Of a DNA stretch of 64,000 bases, positions 36,787-46,427 are shown piece by piece. The notes beneath the pieces were generated by a model. The model searched no databases. It worked only from the letters and a program-made list of their open reading frames with translations, and was not told the origin of the DNA. Positions within the stretch are counted from its first letter, which is position 1; each line of letters begins with the position of its first letter. The position numbers and the translations under genes were made by a program. Source of the stretch: Gammaproteobacteria bacterium. Its GTDB lineage: Bacteria > Pseudomonadota > Gammaproteobacteria > Eutrophobiales > Eutrophobiaceae. The DNA is taken from positions 3,136,001-3,200,000 of the forward strand of contig OZ220696.1 of assembly GCA_965116495.1 (NCBI GenBank), given 5' to 3'.

Positions 36787-38348
36787 CAGGAAATAAAGAC
36801 TCCGGTTTTGTTTCCATCAAGCCGGCTGCGGTCGACCTGACTGCTGCTGCACCTGCGCCGGAACAAAAAAAGGGACGTTTCGGCAAACGGCCGTTGTTAT
36901 GGCTGGGAACGGGCGCCGCGTTGCTTATTGCGGCCGTCGTTTTTTTCCTGCTTCCCCATTGGGTCACCCATCCTGGCATCGGTCCCGGCGCGGCGAACAC
37001 CCGGACAGAGCCGGACAAGCCGGGTCAGGTACTACCCGGGGGGAATGCGTCGCAGACTGCAGGGGGTACGGCCGCTGCGGGGGATGCCCCGTGGAGAAAT
37101 GCGCAGCGATTCGCACAGCGCAAGCAGAGCCAGGAGATACTGGAACAGTTGCTTGATACGCAGGCAATCCTGGAAGAGAGGGGAGTGACCGTGTGGGGCA
37201 GGAAGGGTTACGAGCAGGCAATACAGCACGCCAGGTCGGGAGATGCTGAATACAGCCGGCAAAACTTCTCCATGGCCCATGACCATTACGCCCGGGCGTC
37301 TGATATCCTGACCGGGCTGCTGCAAGGTGTGGAGGAATTATTCAGCGATACCATGGAAACCGGCAATGCGGCACTGGCGGCAGGTGATGCCGTTGCGGCG
37401 AGGGAGTCATTCAGCATCGCCCTCGCCATTGATCCCATTGACCGGACTGCCCTGTCGGGAATGGAACGGGCCGGAACATTGACCGAGGTCATGGACCTGA
37501 TCGACAGGGGAGATATGATGTTGCGGGATGGAAAAGCCGAACAGGCCAGGGGGTTGTATCAACAGGCCCTGGAAATTGACGGGCACTCCGGGCGGGCCAG
37601 GCAACAACTGCAACTGGCCGAAAGCAGGATCAGTGAGAACGCATTCAGCGTTGCCATGTCCTCCGGCTTCCGCATGCTGGATGAGGGACGCTACTCACAG
37701 GCCGGGGAAGCGTTTTCCACGGCGCTCAGGATAAAGCCGGGGTCGCGTGATGCCCGTAGCGGGCTTGACCAGGCGAACCACCGTATAACCTCAGGAAAGA
37801 TAAATGCATTACTGAAACAGGCCAAAACCGCGGAGCAGAACGAGGATTGGCAGGGAGCCGTCTCCGCCTATGAAGCAGCACTGAAGCTGGACAACAACCT
37901 GGGAAATGCCCGGGAAGGTCAGCGCCTGGCCACCCTGCGTAAAGAGATACACGATAGACTTGGGCAGGTGCTGTCCCGGCCGGACAGGCTGTTTGACCGG
38001 GGCGCGTTTGATGAGATCGTCAGTTTCCGTGACAAACTCCAGGCGCTGTCCGAGCCCGGTCCTGTCCTGGCCGGCCAGTTAGCCAGGCTCGACCGTTTAC
38101 TGAACCTGGCCGATACACCCGTGCCGGTGCAGTTCAGGTCCGACAATCAGACTCGGGTCACCCTCTACAAGGTCGGTGAACTGGGTTATTTCACCAGTAA
38201 AAACCTGTCACTGCGCCCCGGCCATTACGTGGTGGTCGGACACCGTGACGGGTATCGCGACGTGCGTGTTGAATTTTTTGTTGACCCCGACAAAGTCATG
38301 GAGCCTGTCACGGTCAGCAGTGATGAAAAGATAGCCCTGGGACAATAA
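36783..38348 (+). CDS. Membrane-anchored TPR-repeat protein with C-terminal PEGA-like domain
   Basis: One N-terminal TM helix; TPR units (ALAIDP, YQQALEID, ALRIKP, YEAALKLD); LRPGHYVVVGHRDGY PEGA-like motif. Confidence 0.8.
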   Translation: MTGNKDSGFVSIKPAAVDLTAAAPAPEQKKGRFGKRPLLWLGTGAALLIAAVVFFLLPHWVTHPGIGPGAANTRTEPDKPGQVLPGGNASQTAGGTAAAGDAPWRNAQRFAQRKQSQEILEQLLDTQAILEERGVTVWGRKGYEQAIQHARSGDAEYSRQNFSMAHDHYARASDILTGLLQGVEELFSDTMETGNAALAAGDAVAARESFSIALAIDPIDRTALSGMERAGTLTEVMDLIDRGDMMLRDGKAEQARGLYQQALEIDGHSGRARQQLQLAESRISENAFSVAMSSGFRMLDEGRYSQAGEAFSTALRIKPGSRDARSGLDQANHRITSGKINALLKQAKTAEQNEDWQGAVSAYEAALKLDNNLGNAREGQRLATLRKEIHDRLGQVLSRPDRLFDRGAFDEIVSFRDKLQALSEPGPVLAGQLARLDRLLNLADTPVPVQFRSDNQTRVTLYKVGELGYFTSKNLSLRPGHYVVVGHRDGYRDVRVEFFVDPDKVMEPVTVSSDEKIALGQ

Positions 38349-38378
38349 CCCGGATAATGGCGAGCGAACTGGTGGGAT

Positions 38379-40424
38379 ATGCGGGCTGATCGTATTGAAG
38401 CGGCGAAGTTTGAACCGCTGACGTCAAAAAAATCAACCCGGCCTGTTGCATTCAATGCGCGGCTTTGCCTGGTTATTGCCCTGCTCGCGGTGGGCGCATT
38501 CTGTGCCTGGTTCATGCTGACGGCCAAAGCGGTCTATATTGAAACCGAGCCGTTGAATGCGGATGTCGATATACCGGTCGCGCTCAAGATTAAGCTGGCC
38601 AACCGCTATCTTATCCGCCCCGGTACTTATCGGCTTAACCTGTCGGCGCAGGGCTATACCCCGGTTCGGGAAACACTTGGCGTCAGCGAAGAGGCGTCCC
38701 AGCATTATATTTACCGGCTGGAGAAACTGCCCGGACACCTGCGGGTAGACAGCGGTCCGGTAACCGGCGCGCAGGTGCTTGTCGACGGCAATTCCAGGGG
38801 AGAAACACCTGTTACCCTCAGGGACCTCGCGCCCGGTGAACACCTTGTGGAGATCGTGGCAGAGCGATATTTCCCTTATCGCGAAAGTATCGAGGTGGAA
38901 GGACTCGACCGCGAACAGGCAATCAGCGCTGAGCTGAGGCCCGCGTGGGCGGAAATCAGTTTTACATCAATCCCTGCGGACGCGCAGGTGTTCAGCGCTG
39001 ATGAAATCCTTGGCAGGACGCCGTTGACGGCAGAACTGCTTGAGGGCAGGCATGACATCAGGATCAAGGCAGCCGGCTACAAGGTCTGGCAGGATGCGAT
39101 TGCCGTGGTCGCGGGCAAGTCACAGTCCATAGCCGATATCAAACTGGAAGCGGCGGATGCAAGCTTGTTCCTGGTCTCCCAGCCTGCCCGGGCCAATGCT
39201 ACCGTCAACGGCAATTACCTGGGATTGACGCCGCTGGAAGTACCCCTGACACCGGGAGAGACCACCGTTGTGCGGTTGTTCAAACAGGGTTACAAACCGG
39301 CTGCCAGGTCATTGACGGCGAAATCAGGCGAACAGAAGAGACTGTCCGTTACCCTGGAACCTGAACTGGTCCCCGTAGTTATCAGGGTGGAACCTGATGA
39401 CGCATCCGTGTACGTTGACGGCGCGCTGGTCGGGACCGCTGACCGCACTATCCGGTTATCGACCAGCAAGCACAGGATAGAGGTCCGCAAGCAGGGATAC
39501 GTGGATTACAAGACCACCCTGACGCCTCTTGTCGGGGTTGAACATGAACTGAACGTACAGCTGAAGACCCTCAGGCAGGCGAAACTGGAAACTGTCAAAC
39601 CGGTTATCAAGGCGCCGTCAGGCCAGGTCCTGAAACTGTTTTACCCGGGTACGTTTACCATGGGAGCGTCGCGCCGGGAACCGGGACGCAGGGCCAATGA
39701 GACCATGCATGATGTAGAGCTCACGCGGCCCTTTTACCTGGGGTTGAAGGAAGTGACAAACCAGGAGTACAGGTTGTTTGATAAGGGGTTTTCGTCCGGT
39801 AACGTGCGCGGCAACAGTCTTAACGGAGACAACCAGCCGGTGGCCGGCATCACCTGGGAACAGGCGGCAAGCTATTGCAACTGGTTGAGCAAAGAGGCCT
39901 CGCTGACGCCGTTCTATATTGAAAAAGAAGGCAGGGTTACAGGGTTTGACAAAACAGCCGACGGTTACCGTTTGCCGACAGAGGCGGAATGGGCCTGGGC
40001 GGCACGTGTGACCGGTACGGGTGAGATACTCAAGTTCCCCTGGGGCGCGCAACTGCCGCCCGCGAAAAACAGCGGAAATTTTGCCGACCGCAAGGCGGCG
40101 GCCCTGTTCGGCAGGATCATCGGCAACTATGATGATGGTTATGTCGTCAGTGCGCCCGTGGGCAGCTTCACGCCCAACGGCAAGGGGTTGTTCGACCTGG
40201 GCGGCAACGTTGCAGAATGGGTCAACGACTTCTACAACATTGTGGTCAGCGCCGGTAAAAAAGCCGAGGTAGACCCTATGGGGCCCGCAAGCGGGGAGTT
40301 CCACGTTATCCGCGGGTCAAGCTGGGCTCACGGCGCCATTACCGAACTGCGCCTGTCGTTCAGGGACTACGGGGGTAAATCCAGAGAAGATGTAGGTTTC
40401 AGGATTGCCCGCTATGCGTACTGA
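38379..40424 (+). CDS. Membrane-anchored multi-PEGA protein with FGE-sulfatase (SUMF1/GldK-like) domain
   Basis: TM helix, about five PEGA repeats (PGTY..QGY, PGEH, GRH..AGY, KQGY), then FTMG, EVTNQEY, RLPTEAEW, GLFDLGGNVAEW, RGSSW, VGFRIA; no catalytic Cys pair. Confidence 0.88.
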   Translation: MRADRIEAAKFEPLTSKKSTRPVAFNARLCLVIALLAVGAFCAWFMLTAKAVYIETEPLNADVDIPVALKIKLANRYLIRPGTYRLNLSAQGYTPVRETLGVSEEASQHYIYRLEKLPGHLRVDSGPVTGAQVLVDGNSRGETPVTLRDLAPGEHLVEIVAERYFPYRESIEVEGLDREQAISAELRPAWAEISFTSIPADAQVFSADEILGRTPLTAELLEGRHDIRIKAAGYKVWQDAIAVVAGKSQSIADIKLEAADASLFLVSQPARANATVNGNYLGLTPLEVPLTPGETTVVRLFKQGYKPAARSLTAKSGEQKRLSVTLEPELVPVVIRVEPDDASVYVDGALVGTADRTIRLSTSKHRIEVRKQGYVDYKTTLTPLVGVEHELNVQLKTLRQAKLETVKPVIKAPSGQVLKLFYPGTFTMGASRREPGRRANETMHDVELTRPFYLGLKEVTNQEYRLFDKGFSSGNVRGNSLNGDNQPVAGITWEQAASYCNWLSKEASLTPFYIEKEGRVTGFDKTADGYRLPTEAEWAWAARVTGTGEILKFPWGAQLPPAKNSGNFADRKAAALFGRIIGNYDDGYVVSAPVGSFTPNGKGLFDLGGNVAEWVNDFYNIVVSAGKKAEVDPMGPASGEFHVIRGSSWAHGAITELRLSFRDYGGKSREDVGFRIARYAY

Positions 40425-40444
40425 GAAGCGCGGAGACAAAGCAC

Positions 40445-40469
40445 GGGGACGGAATTCAATTCCGTCCCC
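40445..40469. repeat. Family B hairpin GGGGACGGAATT-C-AATTCCGTCCCC
   Basis: Perfect 12-bp arms; near copy GGGGACAGATTTCAATTCTGTCCCC at 43575-43599. Confidence 0.82.
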
Positions 40470-40610
40470 TTCCAAAAGCTCCGTTTGTCGCAAGCCGGAA
40501 TCCGGTTCCGCCCCTTTTGCATGGCAGTGATACAATGCAAAACGTAGAATAATGAGATAAACCGCTATGGGCCATAAACTTAAGTACACGATAAAAACGT
40601 CGTTGGAATT

Positions 40611-40928
40611 ATGGGACAGATGATTTCGGACGTTACTAAGCACTCCATTGAGTTGGAGCGGCTTTGCATCCTTCACCATGTGAAGCGGCTCGACCTGTTT
40701 GGTTCAGCCGTAACCGGTCAGTACAGCCCGGAGGAAAGCGATCTGGACTTCGTGGTGGAGTTCCAACCACTGCCTGCTGGCGGGTATGCCGATACTTATT
40801 TCGGTTTACTGGAGCATTTGGAACGGCTGTTTGGATGCCCTGTAGACCTGATAGTCGGGTCGGCTATCAAGAATCCCTATTTTCTGCAATCGGTTGAGAA
40901 AACGAGAACTCCAGTCTATGAGACTTGA
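40611..40928 (+). CDS. Minimal nucleotidyltransferase (MNT) antitoxin
   Basis: LDLFGSAV...SDLDFVV (GS-x10-DxD), YFGL, VDL, IKNPYF. Confidence 0.88.
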   Translation: MGQMISDVTKHSIELERLCILHHVKRLDLFGSAVTGQYSPEESDLDFVVEFQPLPAGGYADTYFGLLEHLERLFGCPVDLIVGSAIKNPYFLQSVEKTRTPVYET

Positions 40929-41082
40929 GACCCGAAAATACTTATACGATATTCAGCGCGCCGTTGAATTGCTGGGGGAATTTACTGCCGGAAAGACGCT
41001 CGTAGATTACGAGGCCGACGCCATGCTACGCGCAGCAGTTGAACGCGAGTTCGACCAATCTTTAGAAAGGTGTTCAGTCTGA
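40918..41082 (+). pseudogene. Truncated HEPN/DUF86 toxin
   Basis: KYLYDI..A...F..GKT..DY..D.MLRAAVER matches the DUF86 N-terminus; ends after 54 aa without the R-x4-H motif. Confidence 0.75.
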
Positions 41083-41294
41083 TGTTGAGAGTGATTTTTT
41101 TTCTCGCGATGTTTGCTGCTGTTACGATAAAAGCACAAGAGACTCCTGTTACGACGGAGCCCGAAGCCGGGCAGGTTAAAGGGACAAGGGAAAGACCGGT
41201 AGAACAGGATGCGGTTGAAGACGCTCCAGACATCATTGAATCGACCGAGGAGTTGTCCGAAGACTATCCCGCAGATTTTCCAGTAGATATATAG
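41082..41294 (+). CDS. Small exported acidic protein ending in DFPVDI
   Basis: Signal peptide (..IKA-Q), acidic low-complexity body, 7 bp upstream of the MotA/TolQ gene. Confidence 0.65.
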   Translation: MLRVIFFLAMFAAVTIKAQETPVTTEPEAGQVKGTRERPVEQDAVEDAPDIIESTEELSEDYPADFPVDI

Positions 41295-41301
41295 CCCGAT
41301 C

Positions 41302-42099
41302 ATGAAATTTAACCAGACAACAGATTTTTTCTACCAGTTGTTTACGCTGATTGCCGCAATTATTATCGTTCATGCGCTGTATATTGCGGTGATCCGGCCG
41401 AATGCGGAAGCCATCCTGGAGGAACAGCGTATCCAGCAGCAGGCCGGTGAAAACTACGAAGTGAAGCGTTCCGTTTTTATTGTCATTAAGGATTTTGAAC
41501 AGGAAGCCTGTTTTATTCTGGCCCTCTGGGTCGTAGCCATTATCGGCCTGAAAGCCAGGATAGCGCTTTCCGAAAGACGCCTGCTGAGCCGTTCCCTGCT
41601 GGAGGTGGCCGCCGGCGCCACCATACTGCCCGAGGATTCCCGGCAATATATCAGGCCGCTACAGGCCTTGGCGGAGGATGAACGGGAATCCCTGTTGCCG
41701 CGTGCGCTACAGGCGGCATTGCAGCGGTTTGGTTCTACCGCGGACATACAGGATGTCTCATCCGCTATCCGGGAAATCTGCGAGACGGAATCCGATAGGC
41801 TGGATTCCGAACTTTCGATGATCAGGTATGTCATCTGGGCCATTCCTTCTATCGGCTTTATCGGCACCGTGCGCGGTATCGGCGAAGCCCTCGGTCAGGC
41901 CCATCGGGCGGTAGAAGGCGATATCGTGGGGGTGACCGTCAGTCTGGGTGTCGCCTTCAACTCCACCTTCATCGCACTGATCATCAGCATTTTCATCATG
42001 TTCCTGATGCACCAGTTACAGCTTATGCAGGAAAGACTGGTGCTGGATACACAGCATTACTGCGACGTAAACCTGTTGCGGCACTTGCAGGTCAGGTAA
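41302..42099 (+). CDS. MotA/TolQ/ExbB proton-channel family protein
   Basis: Four TM helices; IPSIGFIGTVRGI and LGVAFNSTFIAL signatures. Confidence 0.92.
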   Translation: MKFNQTTDFFYQLFTLIAAIIIVHALYIAVIRPNAEAILEEQRIQQQAGENYEVKRSVFIVIKDFEQEACFILALWVVAIIGLKARIALSERRLLSRSLLEVAAGATILPEDSRQYIRPLQALAEDERESLLPRALQAALQRFGSTADIQDVSSAIREICETESDRLDSELSMIRYVIWAIPSIGFIGTVRGIGEALGQAHRAVEGDIVGVTVSLGVAFNSTFIALIISIFIMFLMHQLQLMQERLVLDTQHYCDVNLLRHLQVR

Positions 42100-42150
42100 A
42101 TGATGGTGTGCAATACAGGTTGGGGCAGCCGGCCATCGCCAGGAGCATGA

Positions 42151-43467
42151 ATGACTGATGCTGTCATAGAACTGAACGACTGCGAGGTAAGCGTAATCCG
42201 GTCCGGAAACGTCGTGGTGAGCAGTCCCGGCATTGCCGTGCTCAAGGAAGACCGGATCGAACTGGGACAGGGGGCCTTGCAAGCCACACATATCGACCCG
42301 AGGAATACCTTCAGCCGGTTCTGGAGCAATCTCAACCAGGATAACTTCAAGCACCGGACGAAACTGGCCAGGCATAATGCCGACCTGGCTTATGCCCACT
42401 TGTTATCCTTGCACGAGATGGCGGACGGCGTGGATAGGGTAGTACTCGCCGTGCCCGGCAGTTATACCACAGAGCAATTGGCGCTGTTGCTGGGCTTGAT
42501 GGACGCCTCCCCCTTTACTTCAGCAGGCCTGGTCGATAGCGCTATCGCGGCGGCGGCAGCGACGGCCGGCGCCGGGAGCTATAACCACCTGGATGTCCAC
42601 CTGCATAACACTGTCATTACCTCACTGGAAGTCTCCGGCACAGTGATGCGCACGGCAGTCAAAGTAATCAATGATGTCGGTCTGTTGGATATTCAAGACA
42701 AATGCGTGAGCCACGTTGCTGACCTGTTTATTCAACAATCCCGGTTTGATCCGCTGCATCACGCGGTAACGGAACAGGCCCTTTGCAACCGTATGGCGCA
42801 ATGCCTGCATGAACTGGCAGGTGAAGCTGACACGATGGTCGATATCGAGTTTGAGAATGCCCATTACCAGGCCCGGGTGAATCGGGAGCGCCTGGTGGAA
42901 GCGCTACGACCGTTGTACAGTAAAATCAGCGCTGCCGTCGACGCCAACCAGCTTGCGCTGGTGCACAAACGTCTTGCCGGTCTGCCCGCGTTCACCGACC
43001 ACCTGTCTGAGGCAAGCAGGCACATCGAGGTCCTGGATGAACACGCCGTGTTCGCCGGCTGCATGGGCTATATGCAGGAAGACAAAGCTGCGGATGAAGA
43101 GGTTTACTTCATCACGCAACTCAAGGCCGCTGCGGAACCCGCAATAAGTTACGCAACTACAGCAAGGCTGGAACAAAAGCCTGAAGTGGGGGCGACCCAC
43201 GTCCTGGTGGATGCTGAGGCCCACCCACTCGGGCAGGCTCCGCTGTACCTGTCCGCACAGGGAGGTTTAACGCAGTCCGGGAGTCAGGACACTCTTTGTT
43301 CCCTGACACTTAAGGAATCAGTTGCAACTCTTGCTCTGTCAGGCGACGCCGAAATTGTTCTCGTCAACGGCCGGGCCGTGAACGGCAACGTCGAACTCAA
43401 GCCGGGCGACGTAATCGGTTTTGCCGGCTCAACACACAAATTCAGCCTTATCAGGGTCCTGGAATGA
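42151..43467 (+). CDS. Cytoplasmic protein with degenerate Hsp70/actin-like fold and C-terminal FHA-like domain
   Basis: SSPGIAVL...LGQGA, VVLAVPGSYTTEQ...GLVDSAIAAA...HLDV parallels the DnaK nucleotide-binding-domain layout; C-terminal VLVNGRAV..ELKPGDVIGF. Confidence 0.65.
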   Translation: MTDAVIELNDCEVSVIRSGNVVVSSPGIAVLKEDRIELGQGALQATHIDPRNTFSRFWSNLNQDNFKHRTKLARHNADLAYAHLLSLHEMADGVDRVVLAVPGSYTTEQLALLLGLMDASPFTSAGLVDSAIAAAAATAGAGSYNHLDVHLHNTVITSLEVSGTVMRTAVKVINDVGLLDIQDKCVSHVADLFIQQSRFDPLHHAVTEQALCNRMAQCLHELAGEADTMVDIEFENAHYQARVNRERLVEALRPLYSKISAAVDANQLALVHKRLAGLPAFTDHLSEASRHIEVLDEHAVFAGCMGYMQEDKAADEEVYFITQLKAAAEPAISYATTARLEQKPEVGATHVLVDAEAHPLGQAPLYLSAQGGLTQSGSQDTLCSLTLKESVATLALSGDAEIVLVNGRAVNGNVELKPGDVIGFAGSTHKFSLIRVLE

Positions 43468-43496
43468 CAGGCGCCGGCAGACGTCGCAGGGGTTAC

Positions 43497-43599
43497 CGGG
43501 GACAGGTTTCAAACATGCCCCTGCATGTTGTAAGCAGGGGTCTGTCCTCTGTCACGGGGCTGTCAGATTTCAGCGGGGACAGATTTCAATTCTGTCCCC
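43497..43599. repeat. Family B repeat cluster (GGGGACAG...CTGTCC)
   Basis: GGGGACAGGTTT...GGGGTCTGTCC unit (43498-43553) plus hairpin at 43575-43599. Confidence 0.8.
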
Positions 43600-43632
43600 T
43601 GTTACAGCGGTCGACTTTCCTCCGGATGAGAA

Positions 43633-44718
43633 ATGCGGACTAAAAGACTGCTTACACCCTTCAGCCTGTCGTTCCTGGACATCATGTCCTGCGGCTTCGG
43701 CTCGGTGGTACTGTTGTTTCTCATCATCAAGCATAACGTTGATACCAACGTTCCCGTCCCCGTCGATACCCGCGACGAGACTGCCGAGGTCATGCTGCTG
43801 GAGGAGGAAATCCTGGAAGGTAAAAAAAACCTCGCCAGGACCCGCAACACCATCTCGGACATCGATGAGCAACTGGTGGTGGCGCAAGGTATGGCCCGGC
43901 GCATTATGGAAAAAATCGAGGAAACCCGGTCCCTGGCGGAGCAACTGTCGGAAACGACCGATTCTGTGGAACTGGACCGGCTGAAGCTCAATATCAAGAA
44001 GCTGGAGGAGCAGAAAAAGCAGTTACAGGAGGAGATAAAAGAGACAGGAGATGATGTCCGGCGCCTGGTCGGAGAAGGGAACCGCGAGTACCTAACCGGA
44101 CTCAGGCTGGGTGGCAAGCGTATTTTAATTCTGCTGGATGTCTCCGGCAGCATGCTGGACGATACTATCGTCAATATCATCCGCATCCGTAACATGCGCG
44201 ATGGGATCAAACGCAACGCGCCTAAATGGGTGCAGACCTTGCGGATGGTGGATTGGCTGACGGCCGGGTTTCCCAGGGACAGCCAATACCAGATCTACGT
44301 GTTCAACACCGAAACGCGCTCGGTGTTGCCGGGGCTGGCCGGGAAATGGCTGGGCGTCAGCGACAAGGCGCAATTGAATTCGATCATTGAAGCGCTAGGA
44401 AAGATCGTGCCGGAGGGCGGCACCAACCTGGAACGGGCCTTTGCCGCCATCGGCAAACTGCGGCCCCGGCCCGACAATGTGTACTTGATTACGGACGGTC
44501 TGCCCACTCAGGGCTCCAGGACGATCCGGGGCCCTTACATTACCGGTAAACAGCGGCTGAACCTGTTTGCCAGGGCAATCAATCAACTTCCCGCAAACGT
44601 TCCGGTTAACGTAATCCTGGCGCCGCTGGAAGGAGACCCGGAGGCGGCCTACGCCTACTGGCGCCTGGCCATGAATACCGACGGTTCGTTCCTGGTGCCC
44701 AGCGAGGACTGGCCATGA
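43633..44718 (+). CDS. ExbD/MotB-like TM helix + coiled coil + VWA domain protein 1
   Basis: FSLSFLDIMSCGFGSVVLLFLII; coiled coil; MIDAS LLDVSGSM, GGTN, ITDG. Confidence 0.85.
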   Translation: MRTKRLLTPFSLSFLDIMSCGFGSVVLLFLIIKHNVDTNVPVPVDTRDETAEVMLLEEEILEGKKNLARTRNTISDIDEQLVVAQGMARRIMEKIEETRSLAEQLSETTDSVELDRLKLNIKKLEEQKKQLQEEIKETGDDVRRLVGEGNREYLTGLRLGGKRILILLDVSGSMLDDTIVNIIRIRNMRDGIKRNAPKWVQTLRMVDWLTAGFPRDSQYQIYVFNTETRSVLPGLAGKWLGVSDKAQLNSIIEALGKIVPEGGTNLERAFAAIGKLRPRPDNVYLITDGLPTQGSRTIRGPYITGKQRLNLFARAINQLPANVPVNVILAPLEGDPEAAYAYWRLAMNTDGSFLVPSEDWP

Positions 44719-45710
44719 GAAAAAAACGGCGGGAAAACGAGGCGTTCAGTATCTCATTCCTGGACGTCATCACCTGCGGTTTCGGCGCAATCATACTGTT
44801 GCTCATGATCGCCAAAACCGGGGACAGTCCCATACTGGAGACCGCGGTCGAATCCATGCACGGTATAGTGCGGGAATTGCAGGTCCAGTTATTTGAAATT
44901 CGCGGTGAGGCCAAAATCCTGGACCGGGAACTGGACGCCAGGCATGAACAGCGGTCCGAATGGGAGGAGCGGGTTGCCCGCCTCGAGGCGGAACTGGCAA
45001 CGGAGGAAATACGCTATAACAACGTGCGTGACGACTCTGCCGTAGGCATCATCATCAAGGACGAATTTGAGTTGGCCCTGCAGCAACTGACGGAAGAAAT
45101 GAAGCGCCTGTTGTCGCAAAGAGACCGCGTACGCACCGACCTGGTAGGCGGCATACCGGTCGATAGCGAATATGTCATTTTTGTCCTCGACACCTCGGGC
45201 AGCATGGTCAACTACCATTGGGAAAACATGATCAACCAGTTGATTACGACCCTTGACGTCTATCCCCGCCTTAAGGGCATACAGATCATGAGTGACATGG
45301 GCGAATACCTGTTTTCCCAGTACCGGCGTACCTGGATTCCCGATACCGAAGGCAGGCGCAAGGTCATCATCAGGACTTTGCGCAGTTGGAGAACCTTCAG
45401 CAACAGCAGCCCGGTGGAAGGCATCACCAAGGCGATCCGCAGCTTTTATGACCCCGGAAAGAAGATCAGCATCTATGTGTACGGAGACGAGTTTACCGGA
45501 CCTTCAATCAGGCAGGTCCTGGATCAGGTGGAGCGCATCAACCCGAAAGACAAGGACGGCCAAACCATGGTGCGCATCCATGCGGTCGGCTTTCCGGTTC
45601 CTTCCAACGCCGGTGAACATTTCCTGATAACCAATAAACGTTATGCTTCACTCATGCGCCAACTGACCCACAAGAACGGCGGCGCGTACGTCGGCCTGAA
45701 TGAACAGTGA
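44715..45710 (+). CDS. ExbD/MotB-like TM helix + coiled coil + VWA domain protein 2
   Basis: FSISFLDVITCGFGAIILLLMI; coiled coil; MIDAS VLDTSGSM, YGDE, IHAVGF; ATGA overlap with its paralog. Confidence 0.85.
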   Translation: MRKKRRENEAFSISFLDVITCGFGAIILLLMIAKTGDSPILETAVESMHGIVRELQVQLFEIRGEAKILDRELDARHEQRSEWEERVARLEAELATEEIRYNNVRDDSAVGIIIKDEFELALQQLTEEMKRLLSQRDRVRTDLVGGIPVDSEYVIFVLDTSGSMVNYHWENMINQLITTLDVYPRLKGIQIMSDMGEYLFSQYRRTWIPDTEGRRKVIIRTLRSWRTFSNSSPVEGITKAIRSFYDPGKKISIYVYGDEFTGPSIRQVLDQVERINPKDKDGQTMVRIHAVGFPVPSNAGEHFLITNKRYASLMRQLTHKNGGAYVGLNEQ

Positions 45711-45761
45711 ACGCCTCACTACGAAGTTTGTGGACTACCACCGAGTTAAGGACAATAATAT

Positions 45762-46427
45762 ATGTATTCGAGATACGAAGCGCAGGATAGGGCCAGAATG
45801 ACTCACAGACTCATTTATTCAGCCGGCTTGTTGTTGATCCTGACTGCCTGCGAGCAGTCCATGTCCCTCAGGGTGGAGAGTGAAATACCCATCCCGGTGA
45901 TCGACCGGATGCCGGTAAAAATGGGGGTAATCTTCCAGGACGAATTGCGCAACTACGTCTCTGAGGAAAATTCCGACGAACGGCCCAACTGGAAGATCGA
46001 GAGCGGTTCTTCCCACGTCGCCTTGTTCCAGCAATTACTTTCCTCCATGTTCGAGGAGACAAAAGAAGTCGCCGGTGCCGGCGCCGATACTACAGTCGAT
46101 GCGGTATTGGCGCCCACCGTCGCCGAAATGCAATTTGCCCTGCCCGCGGAAACCAAAACGGATTTTTATGAAGCCTGGGTTAAATATAATATGGAGCTGT
46201 TTAACCAGGACGGCAGTCGAATAGCAAACTGGTCGGTAACAGGGTACGGAAAATCCTCCACCGAATTCATGAAAAGCCGTGATAAGGGACTCAACGCGGC
46301 GGTAAACCAGGCCCTGCGGGATGCAGGCGCCAAATTTGCGCTCGGTTTCTCCAGGATAGAGGAGATCAGCGTCTGGGTGGAGCAGAAGAACAAAATATCC
46401 GCAGATTACGCAGATGAACGCAGGTAA
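45762..46427 (+). CDS. Putative lipoprotein
   Basis: Lipobox LTAC (start at 45762 or 45798); the last 9 codons come from a palindromic repeat. Confidence 0.78.
   Translation: MYSRYEAQDRARMTHRLIYSAGLLLILTACEQSMSLRVESEIPIPVIDRMPVKMGVIFQDELRNYVSEENSDERPNWKIESGSSHVALFQQLLSSMFEETKEVAGAGADTTVDAVLAPTVAEMQFALPAETKTDFYEAWVKYNMELFNQDGSRIANWSVTGYGKSSTEFMKSRDKGLNAAVNQALRDAGAKFALGFSRIEEISVWVEQKNKISADYADERR

Noticed and set aside
38379-40424. FGE-domain gene as a diversity-generating retroelement target or a true formylglycine-generating enzyme
   Set aside because: No reverse transcriptase or template repeat seen in the window; the catalytic Cys pair is absent.
41302-45710. Zorya defence, flagellar motAB or tol-pal
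   Set aside because: No OmpA-like peptidoglycan-binding B subunit, long ZorA tail, ZorC/D/E, TolA/B/Pal or flagellar genes.
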